DNA from: Nitrospirales bacterium
GTDB lineage: Bacteria > Nitrospirota > Nitrospiria > Nitrospirales > UBA8639
NCBI GenBank assembly: GCA_963422365.1
Contig: OY729426.1
Coordinates: 1,792,001-1,856,000, forward strand
Direction: 5' to 3'
Length of the DNA: 64,000 nucleotides
How positions within the stretch are numbered: the stretch's first letter is position 1; every line of letters starts with the position of its first letter. This document shows positions 52,865 through 63,351 of the stretch, in pieces. The notes under the pieces are model-generated. The model did not search any database. It was not told where the DNA came from and saw only the letters and a list, made by a program, of their open reading frames with translations. The position numbers were made by a program, and so were the translations under genes.

Positions 52865-53008
52865 GATGAGTGAGACTGCCCTGCTATTTGGTACGATCGA
52901 CTTGGGAATAGGGGAATCGTTGATTAGAAAATTTATACGACAAGATTGAAGGGCTGTCAAGAAATGCATGGCAAGTGAGATTGTCTTGTCTACAGTAGAG
53001 ATTTTTCG

Positions 53009-53083
53009 CTTCGCTCAGTATGACAAAGAAAAGGCTCAAGATGACAAGAGGAAAGCGTCAGGATGGTCGTAACACAGGATGAC
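53009..53083. repeat. four tandem degenerate (GC)TCAGGATGAC units
   Basis: cttcgctcagtatgac, gctcaagatgac, gcgtcaggatggtc and cacaggatgacc at about 20 bp spacing. Confidence 0.6.
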
Positions 53084-53104
53084 CGTAATGCTGCCGGTAA
53101 ATAT

Positions 53105-54001
53105 CTATGTTAACTTGTCAGCAAGGAATTGCAGGAGGGCAGGGTTGACGAAGTGGGGATTCTCCCACTGCGGGATATGCCCAGAATTCGGCACTACCAG
53201 AAACGAGCTGTTGGGAATGGTGGTCTGCAGGGTTTGCCCCACGGAGGCGTGAAAGATCTGATCGTGTGCGCCCCAAATAATGAACGTGGGTTGGACGATG
53301 TTTGTTAATTGGGGTGCAAAAGTCCTTTCCCATTCTGGAAGTTGATCCAGTTGTGAATACACGGCATCTAAGAATCCAGGTTGAGAGCGAAGGTGGTGAG
53401 CACGTTCCACGACCATCGGGGAAATCAGAGCACGCTTGTGAATGATTTTTTCCAGCATCAGTTTGGTGGACCATCGGCCGGTTATCCAATTTCCCAATTT
53501 CGACACCCAGAGTGACGGCCGGTGTTCAATGAAGTGCTTGGGTCTTGGAGATCGAATGTTGTCGAGAAGATTGGCGGGCAATCCCCCAATAAGCACGAGT
53601 TTAGTGACACGATCCGGATGCTTCAGGCTCATCCCGATTGCGAGACCGGCTCCCATGGAACTGCCGATTAATATGGCTTCTTGAATCTGGAGATTGTCCA
53701 TGAACGTGCGGAAGGTATCAAGGAGAAAGGCTGGAGAATATATGAGTTCAGGTTTTTCGGACAGTCCTGAGCCCAGCAAATCAGGCGTAATGATCCGATA
53801 CGATGGGGTGAGCGCGACTTGTTGGTGTTCCCAATGCCACATGGAGCCTCCCAACCCATGAATCAAAATAACAGGCGGACCTTGTCCCTTGTCTAGATAG
53901 GCAAGGGGATATCCGTTCACAGTGGTGGTGTGAACCGCGTGTCGATGGAGCAGGTCAACGTGGAAGGGAATGCGAAGCGGAGAAGAGGTGCAGTGTGTCA
54001 C
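53105..54001 (-). CDS. alpha/beta fold hydrolase
   Basis: HGLGG, nucleophile GSSMG, WG..D and GH.PQWE. Confidence 0.92.
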   Translation of the reverse strand: MTHCTSSPLRIPFHVDLLHRHAVHTTTVNGYPLAYLDKGQGPPVILIHGLGGSMWHWEHQQVALTPSYRIITPDLLGSGLSEKPELIYSPAFLLDTFRTFMDNLQIQEAILIGSSMGAGLAIGMSLKHPDRVTKLVLIGGLPANLLDNIRSPRPKHFIEHRPSLWVSKLGNWITGRWSTKLMLEKIIHKRALISPMVVERAHHLRSQPGFLDAVYSQLDQLPEWERTFAPQLTNIVQPTFIIWGAHDQIFHASVGQTLQTTIPNSSFLVVPNSGHIPQWENPHFVNPALLQFLADKLT

Positions 54002-54053
54002 AAGAGGAAAATAACACGGCGGCTGAGTCGATCCATCTTGCTGAATGGGCAGC

Positions 54054-56003
54054 TTATTCGAGTTGGATCAGGGTTTCATCACAATTGACGAGATCGCCTT
54101 CGTTGACATGTATCGCCTTCACCCTCCCTTCAATTGGTGCAGTGATCCGGTTTTCCATTTTCATCGCTTCAATCACGATAACCGGATCGCCGGCAGCGAC
54201 CTGGGAGCCCTCTGTGACGAGGATTTTCACAATGCGGCCTGGCATAGGAGTCGTCACATCTCCCGGGCCACTCGGTTTGGGGCGTTCCCCCTTGGCGGTA
54301 CCGGTTGAGATGGGTGCCTCGGGTCCACTCGCCAACACTTCCTGAAGCGGTTCCAGGTAGACTTCTTCGAGTTTGTCATCGACCTTGATATAGTAGGGTT
54401 TTTTCCCGTCGATGGTTCGTCCGGAGCCAGAAACCCGTACATGATACGATTCACCGTGGAGGGTGACGGTAAATTCGATAGGCGCGAGATGTAAATCATG
54501 GGACGATGGAGTTCCTTGTCCTCTTCCTCCTGGTGGCTCAAGGACTTCGGGCTGTAGTTGCCCGCGTTCACGTTCGTGGAAAAACTGTAACGCAACGGAA
54601 GGGAAGAGCGTATATGATAGCACATCTTCCTCGGAGACGTCATGCTCGCTCAATTCTTTGCCGGCTTCTTCTAATTCAGGGTCAAGGTTATCCGCCGGTC
54701 TGTTTGAAATAGGGGTGTCATTGGCAATCGCTTTTTCTTTTGTGGTTGAATCCAAAGATCCTGGTGGTTTGCCGTAGAGTCCTAAAAAATAATTTTTGGC
54801 TTCGTTGGTGATGACTTTATACCGTTCGCCGGTCATCACATTCAGCGTGGCTTGTGAGCCGACGATTTGACTGGTCGGGGTCACCAATGGGGGGTAGCCC
54901 ATATCCTTGCGAACCCGTGGGATTTCTTCCAACACTTCTTTCATTTTCTCTATAGCGTTTTGTTCCGTTAACTGAGAAGCCAAGTTCGAGATCATGCCGC
55001 CCGGCACCTGGGATAACAAGACATCCGTATCCACGCCCGTGAAATCACTTTCAAATTGGTGATACTTTTTTCTTGCCGTTCGCAGTTGTTCCGTGATGGG
55101 GGGGAACTGCGAGAGATCCAGTCCGGTGTCATACGGGGTCTTTTGCAGGGCCGCAATAAAGGGTTCAGTGGGGGGATGAGAGGTGCCGCCTGAAAGCGGA
55201 GACAGGGCCGTATCCAAAATATCGAGACCGCCGAGGATCGCCATGAGCGAAGACATCGAGGCCATGCCCGACGTGTAGTGCGTATGAAGATGGATAGGCA
55301 CACGAACCGCTTCCTTCAAATGTTTGATGAGCGTATACGCTTCGAAAGGGGGTAAGAGTCCGGCCATATCCTTGATGCAAATGGTGTCGGTGCCCAGATC
55401 TTCCAGCCGTTTGGCTTGTTCCACGAAGTGATGCAGGCTGTGCACGGGGCTGACCGTATAGCAAATCGTGGCTTCCACGTGCTTGTTGCACTGCCGGGCC
55501 ACCTTGATGGCGGATTTCAGATTTCGAATATCATTCAGGGCATCGAAAATACGAAAGACATCAATGCCATGTTCTGCGGACTTGACAATGAATTGTTCCA
55601 GGACATCGTCCGCATAATGCCGATACCCCACCAGGTTTTGCCCGCGGAGTAGCATTTGCAATCTGGTGTTGGGGGCTGCTTGGCGGAAGGTTTTTAACCG
55701 TTCCCATGGATCTTCTTTGAGAAATCGCAAGCAGGCGTCGAAGGTTGCGCCTCCCCAGACTTCCAGGGACCAGAACCCTACTGCATCCAGTAGTGCTGCC
55801 GTCGGGATCAGATCTTCCGTGCGCATGCGCGTCGCTAACAACGATTGATGCCCGTCTCGTAAGGAGACGTCCGTGAGGTGCAGTTTTCGGCCGGGCGAGG
55901 CTTCCAATTCAAATATGTCCGGACGTTTGGTCTTCCGTCGCTTTCGAGGTGAGGCCCCGGAGCGTCTTTTGAACTTGTCCCAGAATGTTGATTTCTTTCC
56001 CAT
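54054..56003 (-). CDS. pycB: pyruvate carboxylase subunit B-like (carboxyltransferase plus biotin carrier)
   Basis: RDGHQSLLATRM, IKDMAG, HLHTH and EAMKM. A 2-oxoglutarate carboxylase large subunit is not excluded. Confidence 0.82.
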   Translation of the reverse strand: MGKKSTFWDKFKRRSGASPRKRRKTKRPDIFELEASPGRKLHLTDVSLRDGHQSLLATRMRTEDLIPTAALLDAVGFWSLEVWGGATFDACLRFLKEDPWERLKTFRQAAPNTRLQMLLRGQNLVGYRHYADDVLEQFIVKSAEHGIDVFRIFDALNDIRNLKSAIKVARQCNKHVEATICYTVSPVHSLHHFVEQAKRLEDLGTDTICIKDMAGLLPPFEAYTLIKHLKEAVRVPIHLHTHYTSGMASMSSLMAILGGLDILDTALSPLSGGTSHPPTEPFIAALQKTPYDTGLDLSQFPPITEQLRTARKKYHQFESDFTGVDTDVLLSQVPGGMISNLASQLTEQNAIEKMKEVLEEIPRVRKDMGYPPLVTPTSQIVGSQATLNVMTGERYKVITNEAKNYFLGLYGKPPGSLDSTTKEKAIANDTPISNRPADNLDPELEEAGKELSEHDVSEEDVLSYTLFPSVALQFFHERERGQLQPEVLEPPGGRGQGTPSSHDLHLAPIEFTVTLHGESYHVRVSGSGRTIDGKKPYYIKVDDKLEEVYLEPLQEVLASGPEAPISTGTAKGERPKPSGPGDVTTPMPGRIVKILVTEGSQVAAGDPVIVIEAMKMENRITAPIEGRVKAIHVNEGDLVNCDETLIQLE

Positions 56004-56045
56004 AAGATGCCTTTGCGTTAAAAATACTCGTTACGGAATGAGGTG

Positions 56046-57464
56046 TTATAACCCTTCATATGCCGCAATGGCAGCGGAGAGGGTTACCACAAGATCTTCT
56101 GATACCAAGGCATGGTCGTATTCATAGAGGTCCGGGTGAGAGTCCAAGTACAACGTGTCAAATTTTCCCGATCGAAAATCGGGTTCTTCCATAATGTTCT
56201 TCAAAAAGGGAATGGTCGTTTTAACTCCCCGCAACACAAACTCTTCTAGTGATCGGTGGGTTCGCCGAACGGTTTCGTCCCAGGTCCGGCCTTGTACCGT
56301 CATTTTGGTCAACAGCGCATCATAGTAAGGGGGAACAGTATAGTCTTTGTACACGACGCCGTCGATCCTCACTCCAATTCCACCTGGAGACAAGTAAGCC
56401 GTGATTTTGCCGGAAGAGGGACGAAATTCATTTTGAGGGTCTTCCGCGTTAATCCGACATTGAATCGCATAGCCTTGAAGGGTGACTTCATGTTGCCCGA
56501 ACACAAGCGGTCGGCCTGCGGCAATCCAAATTTGGCTCTGCACAATATCGATGGTGGAGATTTGTTCTGTGACTGTATGTTCTACCTGAATTCGTGGATT
56601 CATTTCGATGAAATAGTAGTGGCCATCTTGATCCAATAAGAATTCGACAGTGCCGGCGTTTTCAAACTTGGCGGCGCGGGCCAGCGCGATCGCGGCGTCG
56701 CCCATTTGCCCCCTGAGTTGAGGAGCCAGGATTAAGGAGGGGGCAATTTCGATGATTTTTTGATGGCGCCGCTGGATTGAGCAATCACGTTCGCCCAGAT
56801 GGACGACGTGCCCTTCCTGGTCCGCGAGAAGCTGAAATTCAATATGATGAGGTCGCTCAATATATTTTTCAAGAAAGAGGTCAGCGTTTCCGAAGGCCGC
56901 GAACGCTTCCCGAGATCCGGACTCCAATGCCTCTTTTAATTCTTCATCGGAATGGACGACACGAAGTCCACGCCCTCCCCCACCAGCACAGGCTTTGACC
57001 ATCACTGGATAGCCGATGAATTGAGAGAATTCCAGGCCTTCTTCTCTGTTTTGAACTCGGCCCGCTGTTCCCGGAACCACGGGGATCCCGATCTGTTTGG
57101 CGAGTTCTCTGGCTTGCACTTTGTCTCCCAGTAGTTCTAAGGCTTCGGGAGTCGGTCCGATAAACGTGATGCCTGCCTCTCGACAGAAATGCGCAAACTG
57201 GGCGTTTTCCGCCAGAAACCCATATCCTGGATGAATCGCATCAGCTCCAATACGTTTGGCTAAGTTGACGATTTGCCGGGCGTCCAAGAATCCTTGGACC
57301 GGACCGGGGCTTACCAAATATGCTTCATTGGCTTTTTTGACATAAATCGCCGCCGCTTCGCATTCAGCGTACATTGCAGCCGTGGCGATGTTGAGTTCAC
57401 GACAGGCCCGAATGACCCGCATTGCGATTTCACCACGATTTGCTACAAGGATTTTTTTGAACAT
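56046..57464 (-). CDS. pycA: biotin carboxylase subunit (pyruvate carboxylase subunit A-like)
   Basis: ANRGEIA, HPGYGFLAEN, GGGGRG, RDCSIQRRHQK and EMNPRIQVEH. Confidence 0.85.
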   Translation of the reverse strand: MFKKILVANRGEIAMRVIRACRELNIATAAMYAECEAAAIYVKKANEAYLVSPGPVQGFLDARQIVNLAKRIGADAIHPGYGFLAENAQFAHFCREAGITFIGPTPEALELLGDKVQARELAKQIGIPVVPGTAGRVQNREEGLEFSQFIGYPVMVKACAGGGGRGLRVVHSDEELKEALESGSREAFAAFGNADLFLEKYIERPHHIEFQLLADQEGHVVHLGERDCSIQRRHQKIIEIAPSLILAPQLRGQMGDAAIALARAAKFENAGTVEFLLDQDGHYYFIEMNPRIQVEHTVTEQISTIDIVQSQIWIAAGRPLVFGQHEVTLQGYAIQCRINAEDPQNEFRPSSGKITAYLSPGGIGVRIDGVVYKDYTVPPYYDALLTKMTVQGRTWDETVRRTHRSLEEFVLRGVKTTIPFLKNIMEEPDFRSGKFDTLYLDSHPDLYEYDHALVSEDLVVTLSAAIAAYEGL

Positions 57465-57651
57465 GGGCTGACCTCAAGGGTGTCGAGAGAAATATCGTTA
57501 CTTTTGCTTGAGTAGCTTCAAGAATCCCCAGTACGGCAAATTGTTCCTGGGAGATGAATTGCCGGAGAGCATGTCGGGGTCTGTGGGGCGAGGGCTATGT
57601 ACCATGGATGGTGAGGAGCCTGTCAAGAGCGGCTCTGGTCCTCAATCGGGA

Positions 57652-58578
57652 TTACTCTCGATTGAGGGGGTAGTATTGAATGACCGAGCTGGTTTTGTCT
57701 TGGAAGAGACCGCTGGCGCCTCTTTTTATGGCTCGTTGTCCGTCAGGTGATAACACGTATTCTAAAAAGGCCCGGGCGACGGAAGAGGCACCGGGGTTCG
57801 TCACAAAGACCACTGGTCGACGAAGTGGATAGGTGCCGTCGAGGACAGTTTGGTATTCAGGCTCAATGCCATCGACGAATAGCAGAGTCACGCCATATCC
57901 ATCTTTACGCGCTTGCAACGCCGGTCCCATCGAGACATAGGACATGGAATAGGGATCGCCATTAATGGTCTTAAAGGTCTCGGTTTCTTTTTCGACGACT
58001 TTTGCTCGACTTCCCGTGTGCTTTTCAAGGCCCAGGAATTTTTCAAAGGGTTGGCGAATATTTTGGTTCCAGGTTCGATGAATCAACGAAATTCTGGCCT
58101 CCGGTCCGTCTTCGTAGACTTGCGACCAAAATTTTATGTTGCCTGCATAAATCTGCATCAATTGCTCTCGAGTGATTTCTTCAATGGAATTGGCAAAATT
58201 TGTCACCACGGCGATGCCATCCCAAGCTACGGTGGTTGACGGGAGATCATTGTCTGCTTGACCTGTCACGGCAATATCGGCATCGCCTTTCCGAACTTCT
58301 TCAATTGGCCTGGCATTTTGGTGCCAGAAAAAATCAATGGAGGTTTTGGGATGGAAGGCTTCAAAGTTTTTTGCCAAGGCCTCAATCGCATACCGTTCCG
58401 GACCATTGCCCACGATTAACGCCGAGCCAGTTAATTCTTCGGTCGATCCAAGCACCGGCAAACCAAACGTCAGCAAGGTTGTCAACCAGAACCCCACGAG
58501 AATGAGAAGTTCTGGCACCATGGTATTTCCACGAATAGAGCGCATAACGGTTTTCTTGTTAGCGGAACTCGTGTTCAT
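57652..58578 (-). CDS. PstS-like periplasmic binding protein (PBP domain)
   Basis: VAWDGIAVV, IY.G.I..W and G.YPL.RP. Confidence 0.8.
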   Translation of the reverse strand: MNTSSANKKTVMRSIRGNTMVPELLILVGFWLTTLLTFGLPVLGSTEELTGSALIVGNGPERYAIEALAKNFEAFHPKTSIDFFWHQNARPIEEVRKGDADIAVTGQADNDLPSTTVAWDGIAVVTNFANSIEEITREQLMQIYAGNIKFWSQVYEDGPEARISLIHRTWNQNIRQPFEKFLGLEKHTGSRAKVVEKETETFKTINGDPYSMSYVSMGPALQARKDGYGVTLLFVDGIEPEYQTVLDGTYPLRRPVVFVTNPGASSVARAFLEYVLSPDGQRAIKRGASGLFQDKTSSVIQYYPLNRE

Positions 58579-58705
58579 TGAACGACGACGTCAGGTGATC
58601 GCAATGGACCGGGGGACAATCCCACAAAAGACAGATCGTCAATCCGTTGTTAGTTGTGCAGGGAATCACGGGGTGACAAAGCGTGCAGGGTGAGTTGAGT
58701 GAACG

Positions 58706-59017
58706 CTAGCTTTCTCCAGAACAGGAATCCGTAGGTTGGGTCATTCTGGGAGCGCCGGGAGCGACACGTGCGCCACCCATGATAGGTGGAAGTTTTTTAA
58801 ATTTATCCATTCTCTCATTATACATGTCGTAGGCTTTCATCTCCCCAAAGCCAGGTTTATGATCACCTTTGATCTGGGAAGCGAACGCAGACATAAGTCG
58901 CTGAGCATTGACTTCGTGACATTGGGGACAGGAGGTATCTTCCGGTCTCGCATTGACGGATTGGAGCAGTTCAAATTTATGGTCACAGGTCTTGCATTGA
59001 TATTCATAAACAGGCAT
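58706..59017 (-). CDS. FmdB family zinc-ribbon protein
   Basis: MPVYEYQCKTC...FE...CPQC. Confidence 0.88.
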   Translation of the reverse strand: MPVYEYQCKTCDHKFELLQSVNARPEDTSCPQCHEVNAQRLMSAFASQIKGDHKPGFGEMKAYDMYNERMDKFKKLPPIMGGARVAPGAPRMTQPTDSCSGES

Positions 59018-59216
59018 GGACCGGCTCACTCCCTTTTTACGAATTCATAGATGTATGATGAGGTTGAGTCTATTATACAGGATTGACAATGCCGTTGGCC
59101 ATCACCTAATGAATTAAAAGTGAGGGGTGGTTGCTCTTGACGCCTTGCAGGTTTCTTCTTTAGAAACGTATAGTTTTGAAAGTTTCTTCTTATTCTAACG
59201 CGTTGGAGGGTCGCAG

Positions 59217-59396
59217 ATGGCTGTTCTGGTAAGAACGTATCGGTTGGCAAGTGGGTTGCAACAAGTAGAACGGATTGATGATCCTGATCGCATCGAACGG
59301 TATATGAAATTGTTCGATCGTGAAGATCTAAAAAAAATTCGGACCGGAATACAGGTCAAAATTGAAAAAGATGAATGGCAACTTCTTGAAGATTAA
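59217..59396 (+). CDS. small hypothetical protein (59 aa, not in the ORF track)
   Basis: GGAGG RBS, then MAVLVRTYRLASGLQQVERIDDPDRIERYMKLFDREDLKKIRTGIQVKIEKDEWQLLED. Confidence 0.65.
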   Translation: MAVLVRTYRLASGLQQVERIDDPDRIERYMKLFDREDLKKIRTGIQVKIEKDEWQLLED

Positions 59397-59427
59397 TAGC
59401 GCAATTTTTCATTGCGAGGAGTAGCCT

Positions 59428-59631
59428 ATGGCTCTGTGGATCAATATTCGAAGATCTGTCGATGAGGCTGTTTTGCATAAAGAACGGTGCATTGAAGTTC
59501 CTTCGATTCCTACACGGTCTGATTTTTGGGAAGGCGGATGGTTTGAATATCCTGATAAAGATACGGCCTTGGACGCTCTGGAACAGGCTGGAGTCATGCG
59601 TCAAGTGAAGTGTCGGCTGTGTAAGCCCTAA
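59428..59631 (+). CDS. small hypothetical protein with C-terminal CxxC
   Basis: GAGGAG RBS and a 67 aa ORF containing LHKERC and KCRLCKP. Confidence 0.65.
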   Translation: MALWINIRRSVDEAVLHKERCIEVPSIPTRSDFWEGGWFEYPDKDTALDALEQAGVMRQVKCRLCKP

Positions 59632-59733
59632 GGTGTTGTCGCATGCTCACCCGTTGGTTTCCCTGTACCGGTGTCCCGGTCGTAGGGAGTAGGTGTCGGC
59701 GTGTGGAAACCTTCTATGAAACGGTAAGGGTAT

Positions 59734-60210
59734 ATGGCGGAAAAATTTGGTGGATATCGATGGGTCAAGGAGGGTTATCTTGATAATCGCACGCAAGGCG
59801 TTGTGGTCGGGAAGATGATTTTTGCCGCCCTTGGTTCGATTGAGTTTTATTTGCATGGGGATTTCAAGTCTGATATTGCCGGTCAGATTTTTTCCTTTAA
59901 GAATTCTCAATTTGCTGATGACCCGAATGCGGCATCGCGTTTGCTTGATTTAGCCAATCCCCAAATCGGCACCGTGAGTTCGATTTCCTTTGATCCGCAT
60001 CCTCTTCTTGCCCCGCATCCTTATATTGAGTGGTTTTCTCTCAAGGGCGATCATTATCGGATTGAATTACAGGAAGGTGATGCGCGGCTTCTTGATCTTG
60101 CCGAGGCCTCAGACTATACAGTGGAAAGTCGAACGATCACGCAAGCCTATGCGGGCCGGTCCGTTCATCCTCCTGCGGAAACCAAGTCTGTTGATGAAGC
60201 GTGGTTCTAG
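59734..60210 (+). CDS. hypothetical protein
   Basis: 158 aa ORF with an AAGG RBS and protein-like composition. Confidence 0.7.
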   Translation: MAEKFGGYRWVKEGYLDNRTQGVVVGKMIFAALGSIEFYLHGDFKSDIAGQIFSFKNSQFADDPNAASRLLDLANPQIGTVSSISFDPHPLLAPHPYIEWFSLKGDHYRIELQEGDARLLDLAEASDYTVESRTITQAYAGRSVHPPAETKSVDEAWF

Positions 60211-60301
60211 CATTGTGTAGTCGTCAACCCTGCCTTCTGGAACTGGAAGTTTTTCTCTTCCATTGACAGTCCTTTCCTCCCATCCTACAATCCCTCCCCT
60301 T

Positions 60302-61336
60302 ATGACTGATGATCGTTTTTTGAAAGCCTGCCGCCGTGAACCCGTGGATCGGACGCCAGTATGGTTTATGCGACAAGCCGGGCGCTATATGGCGGAATAT
60401 CAGCGTATTCGGGCAAAGCATAGTATCCTCGATGTCTGTAAGATTCCGGAATTAGCTGCCGAGGTGACGCTTCAACCCATCGAACGTTTTGCCCTGGATG
60501 CTGCCATCATTTTCGCGGATATCCTTTTGCCCTTAGAGCCAATGGGGTTGCAGGTGACCTTCCGTGAAGAGGAAGGTCCAGTCATTCTTAATCCCGTGAG
60601 GCATCAAGACGACCTCACGCGGTTACGACAAGTGGAGAGGGACGCCTTTCGGTTTTCCTCCGATGCTGTGAGTTTGGCAAAAAAAATGTTGGATGGACGC
60701 GTGCCTCTCATCGGCTTTGCCGGAGCTCCGTTTACCTTGGCCAGCTATGCGATCGAGGGGAGGAGCTCACGAAGCTATCTCAACACGAAACAAATGATGT
60801 TCCATCGGCCTGCTCAGTGGCATGCCTTACTTCACAAACTTTCAGATGTGGTCATCATGTATTTAGAAAATCAAATTAGAGCAGGAGTGCAGGTTGTTCA
60901 AATTTTTGACAGTTGGGTGGGGTGCTTGTCTCCGGGTGACTATAGTGAATATGTCTTGCCGCATGTACAATCAGTGATTGATCGCTTAAAACCTGAAGAG
61001 ATTCCGATCATTTATTTTGGAACGGGCACGTCGACGCTCTTGCCTCTCATGCGCAGTGCAGGCAGCGACGTCTTGGGGCTGGATTGGCATGTTGAGCTTG
61101 ATGAAGCATGGGCTCGGATCGGGTTCGATGTTGCCGTACAAGGCAACCTCGACCCTGTGGTCTTGTTTGCGCCTCTGCCGGAGCTTGAGCGCCGCATCAA
61201 GGATATTCTGGGCAGAGCCGGGAATAGGGCAGGGCATATTTTCAATCTCGGTCATGGGATTCTCCCCCAAACCCCTGTCGATCATGTCGAGGCTGCCATT
61301 GAGTTTGTTCACAAATATAGTACTCGATCAGCTTAG
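60302..61336 (+). CDS. hemE: uroporphyrinogen decarboxylase
   Basis: PVWFMRQAGRY, IGFAGAPFTLASY, QGNLDP and FNLGHG. Confidence 0.98.
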   Translation: MTDDRFLKACRREPVDRTPVWFMRQAGRYMAEYQRIRAKHSILDVCKIPELAAEVTLQPIERFALDAAIIFADILLPLEPMGLQVTFREEEGPVILNPVRHQDDLTRLRQVERDAFRFSSDAVSLAKKMLDGRVPLIGFAGAPFTLASYAIEGRSSRSYLNTKQMMFHRPAQWHALLHKLSDVVIMYLENQIRAGVQVVQIFDSWVGCLSPGDYSEYVLPHVQSVIDRLKPEEIPIIYFGTGTSTLLPLMRSAGSDVLGLDWHVELDEAWARIGFDVAVQGNLDPVVLFAPLPELERRIKDILGRAGNRAGHIFNLGHGILPQTPVDHVEAAIEFVHKYSTRSA

Positions 61337-61378
61337 CCTGAATTTCTTCGTGCTCCTTCCCGGAAACTGTGATGCATC

Positions 61379-62842
61379 ATGGCGGCTCCTAAACGAGTAG
61401 TGATTGTTGGAGGAGGGATTTCAGGCCTCTCTGCTGCGTTTGCCTTACTGGAGCAAGCAAGAATCATGGGGAAGCCTCTTCAGTGTACGGTGGTGGAGGG
61501 GCAGGCTCGTTTTGGTGGAAAAATTCTCACGAACCGTCATGATGGATTGGTAACGGAGGGAGGTCCTGACTCATTCCTCACGACCAAACCGTCAGCTCTT
61601 GCGCTCTGTGAAAAGTTGGGGCTGACTTCGCAATTGATCAATACCAATCAAGGGAATGCTCAAACGTTTACCTATTCAAAAGGACGATTGCGCGAATTCC
61701 CGCAAGGTCTTATTTCAATGGTTCCTACGAAGGTGGGGCCCTTGTTTCATAGTGGGGTGGTCTCCTGGGCCGGCATTGCACGAATGGGAATGGATTGGGT
61801 CATTCCTGCTCGTCCCAACACGAAAGATGAGGAAACATTGGCTGAATTTTTCAGTCGACGTCTAGGTTCTGAGGCCTTTTATCGCCTCATTGAGCCTTTA
61901 GTCGCAGGGATTTACGCCGGTGATGCGAATGAGTTAAGCGTGGATGCGACTTTTCCGCAACTTGTCGAGTTGGAGCGCAAACATGGCAGTCTCCTCAAAG
62001 GAGCGTTGGCCATGCAACGGGCGCGATTCTCGCACAAGCCTGGTGTGACGGCTGCCCGGACCTTGTTTACAACCTTACAAGGTGGGTTGGGTGATTTAAT
62101 CACAAGGTTAACAGACAGGCTTTCCGTTGCCGGAGTGTCCCTGCGACGAGGTACAGACATGCGGACGGTGCATCCGTCCCTCGATTCCCATACTTCCCAT
62201 ACTCATCCACCGTATCAGGTTGAGTTGGAAAGGGGAGAAAAATTGGAAGCAGAGGCCGTGGTTCTTGCGACTCCTGCGTACATTTCCGCAGGCGTTCTTC
62301 GCTCTTTTGACCATGAAGCTGCGGCAGCCCTAGACGAGATTCCTTATGCCTCTACGATGACCATCTCAATGGTCTTTTCTGAACCAGCTGTCAATAATCA
62401 GCTTTGTGGCTATGGCTTTGTGGTGCCGCGAATTGAAAATCGTTCATTGATCGCGGCGACATGGTCATCAATGAAGTGGGCAGGACGAGCGCCTTCGGGT
62501 CAATGTCTGATTCGGTGTTATCTGGGCGGGCGTGGACGAGATCACTTGTTGGATTTAGACAATGCGGAATTGACGAGACGAGCCCGTGATGAGTTAAAAA
62601 CAATGATTGGCATTCAAAGCCGACCTTCCCAGGTGGAAGTGTATCGATGGCCTCGATCCATGCCCCAATATACCCGTGGACATCGGGATCGTGTGCGACG
62701 AATTCGTCAACGTGTTGCCCTTCATCCCGGACTGTATGTGACAGGGGCGGCGTATGATGGAATAGGAATTCCGGATTGCATTCGCGATGCGGAGAACACG
62801 TCTAAACTTCTGAGTGCCTATTTATGGGGGCAGGTTTCGTAA
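61379..62842 (+). CDS. hemY: HemY-type proto/coproporphyrinogen oxidase
   Basis: GGGISGL.AA, EGGPDSF, GIYAGD, GYGFVVP and GIGIPDCI. Confidence 0.93.
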   Translation: MAAPKRVVIVGGGISGLSAAFALLEQARIMGKPLQCTVVEGQARFGGKILTNRHDGLVTEGGPDSFLTTKPSALALCEKLGLTSQLINTNQGNAQTFTYSKGRLREFPQGLISMVPTKVGPLFHSGVVSWAGIARMGMDWVIPARPNTKDEETLAEFFSRRLGSEAFYRLIEPLVAGIYAGDANELSVDATFPQLVELERKHGSLLKGALAMQRARFSHKPGVTAARTLFTTLQGGLGDLITRLTDRLSVAGVSLRRGTDMRTVHPSLDSHTSHTHPPYQVELERGEKLEAEAVVLATPAYISAGVLRSFDHEAAAALDEIPYASTMTISMVFSEPAVNNQLCGYGFVVPRIENRSLIAATWSSMKWAGRAPSGQCLIRCYLGGRGRDHLLDLDNAELTRRARDELKTMIGIQSRPSQVEVYRWPRSMPQYTRGHRDRVRRIRQRVALHPGLYVTGAAYDGIGIPDCIRDAENTSKLLSAYLWGQVS

Positions 62843-62870
62843 CGCTCTGTTGAGCGATTCCAACAAGATT

Positions 62871-63173
62871 ATGCCTGGGGAGGTTGGGAAAAACCAGAAT
62901 CGCGTTCGGGCTCATGTCGTGGCCCAAGGCCGAGTGCAAGGAGTGGGCTTTCGAGCGTTTCTCCAATCTCAGGCTGTCAGGCGTGGTTTGAGTGGGTGGG
63001 TGAGAAACTTGCCGGATGGTCCAGTGGAAACGGAAGTCGAAGGGCCCCAAGTTCTCGTGGATGAATTCCTCGAAACCGTCAAACGTGGGCCATCCTTAGC
63101 GTATGTTCAAGATATTCAGGTGGAGTGGATAGCCCCGAGTGCACAAGGTTCATCCTTTGAGATGGTGTATTGA
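62871..63173 (+). CDS. acyP: acylphosphatase
   Basis: GRVQGVGFR and GWVRNLPDG. Confidence 0.93.
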   Translation: MPGEVGKNQNRVRAHVVAQGRVQGVGFRAFLQSQAVRRGLSGWVRNLPDGPVETEVEGPQVLVDEFLETVKRGPSLAYVQDIQVEWIAPSAQGSSFEMVY

Positions 63174-63351
63174 GAGAGTCGCTGATGACACCAACGATAG
63201 GGAGGGAAAGGATGGTTCCAAACTTGTCCCGCTCGTGTTGCCTGTCCAGATCTCTTGGCGGTCGCCTCGGCGCAGGCTTAGGACCAACAGGGTAGGCTTT
63301 TTCAATAGCGCCCGATGAATGGGTATAGGACCTAGACCGAAAGGATTGCAT

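Noticed and set aside
53009..53083. CRISPR array
   Set aside because: The units are too short and degenerate, the spacers are about 10 bp, and there are no cas genes.
52194..53100. TPP riboswitch upstream of tenA
   Set aside because: No convincing TPP aptamer core in the right orientation. The upstream DNA is the Tpx pseudogene.
57652..58578. Phosphate ABC transporter operon
   Set aside because: Only a divergent binding-protein gene is present, with no pstC, pstA or pstB.
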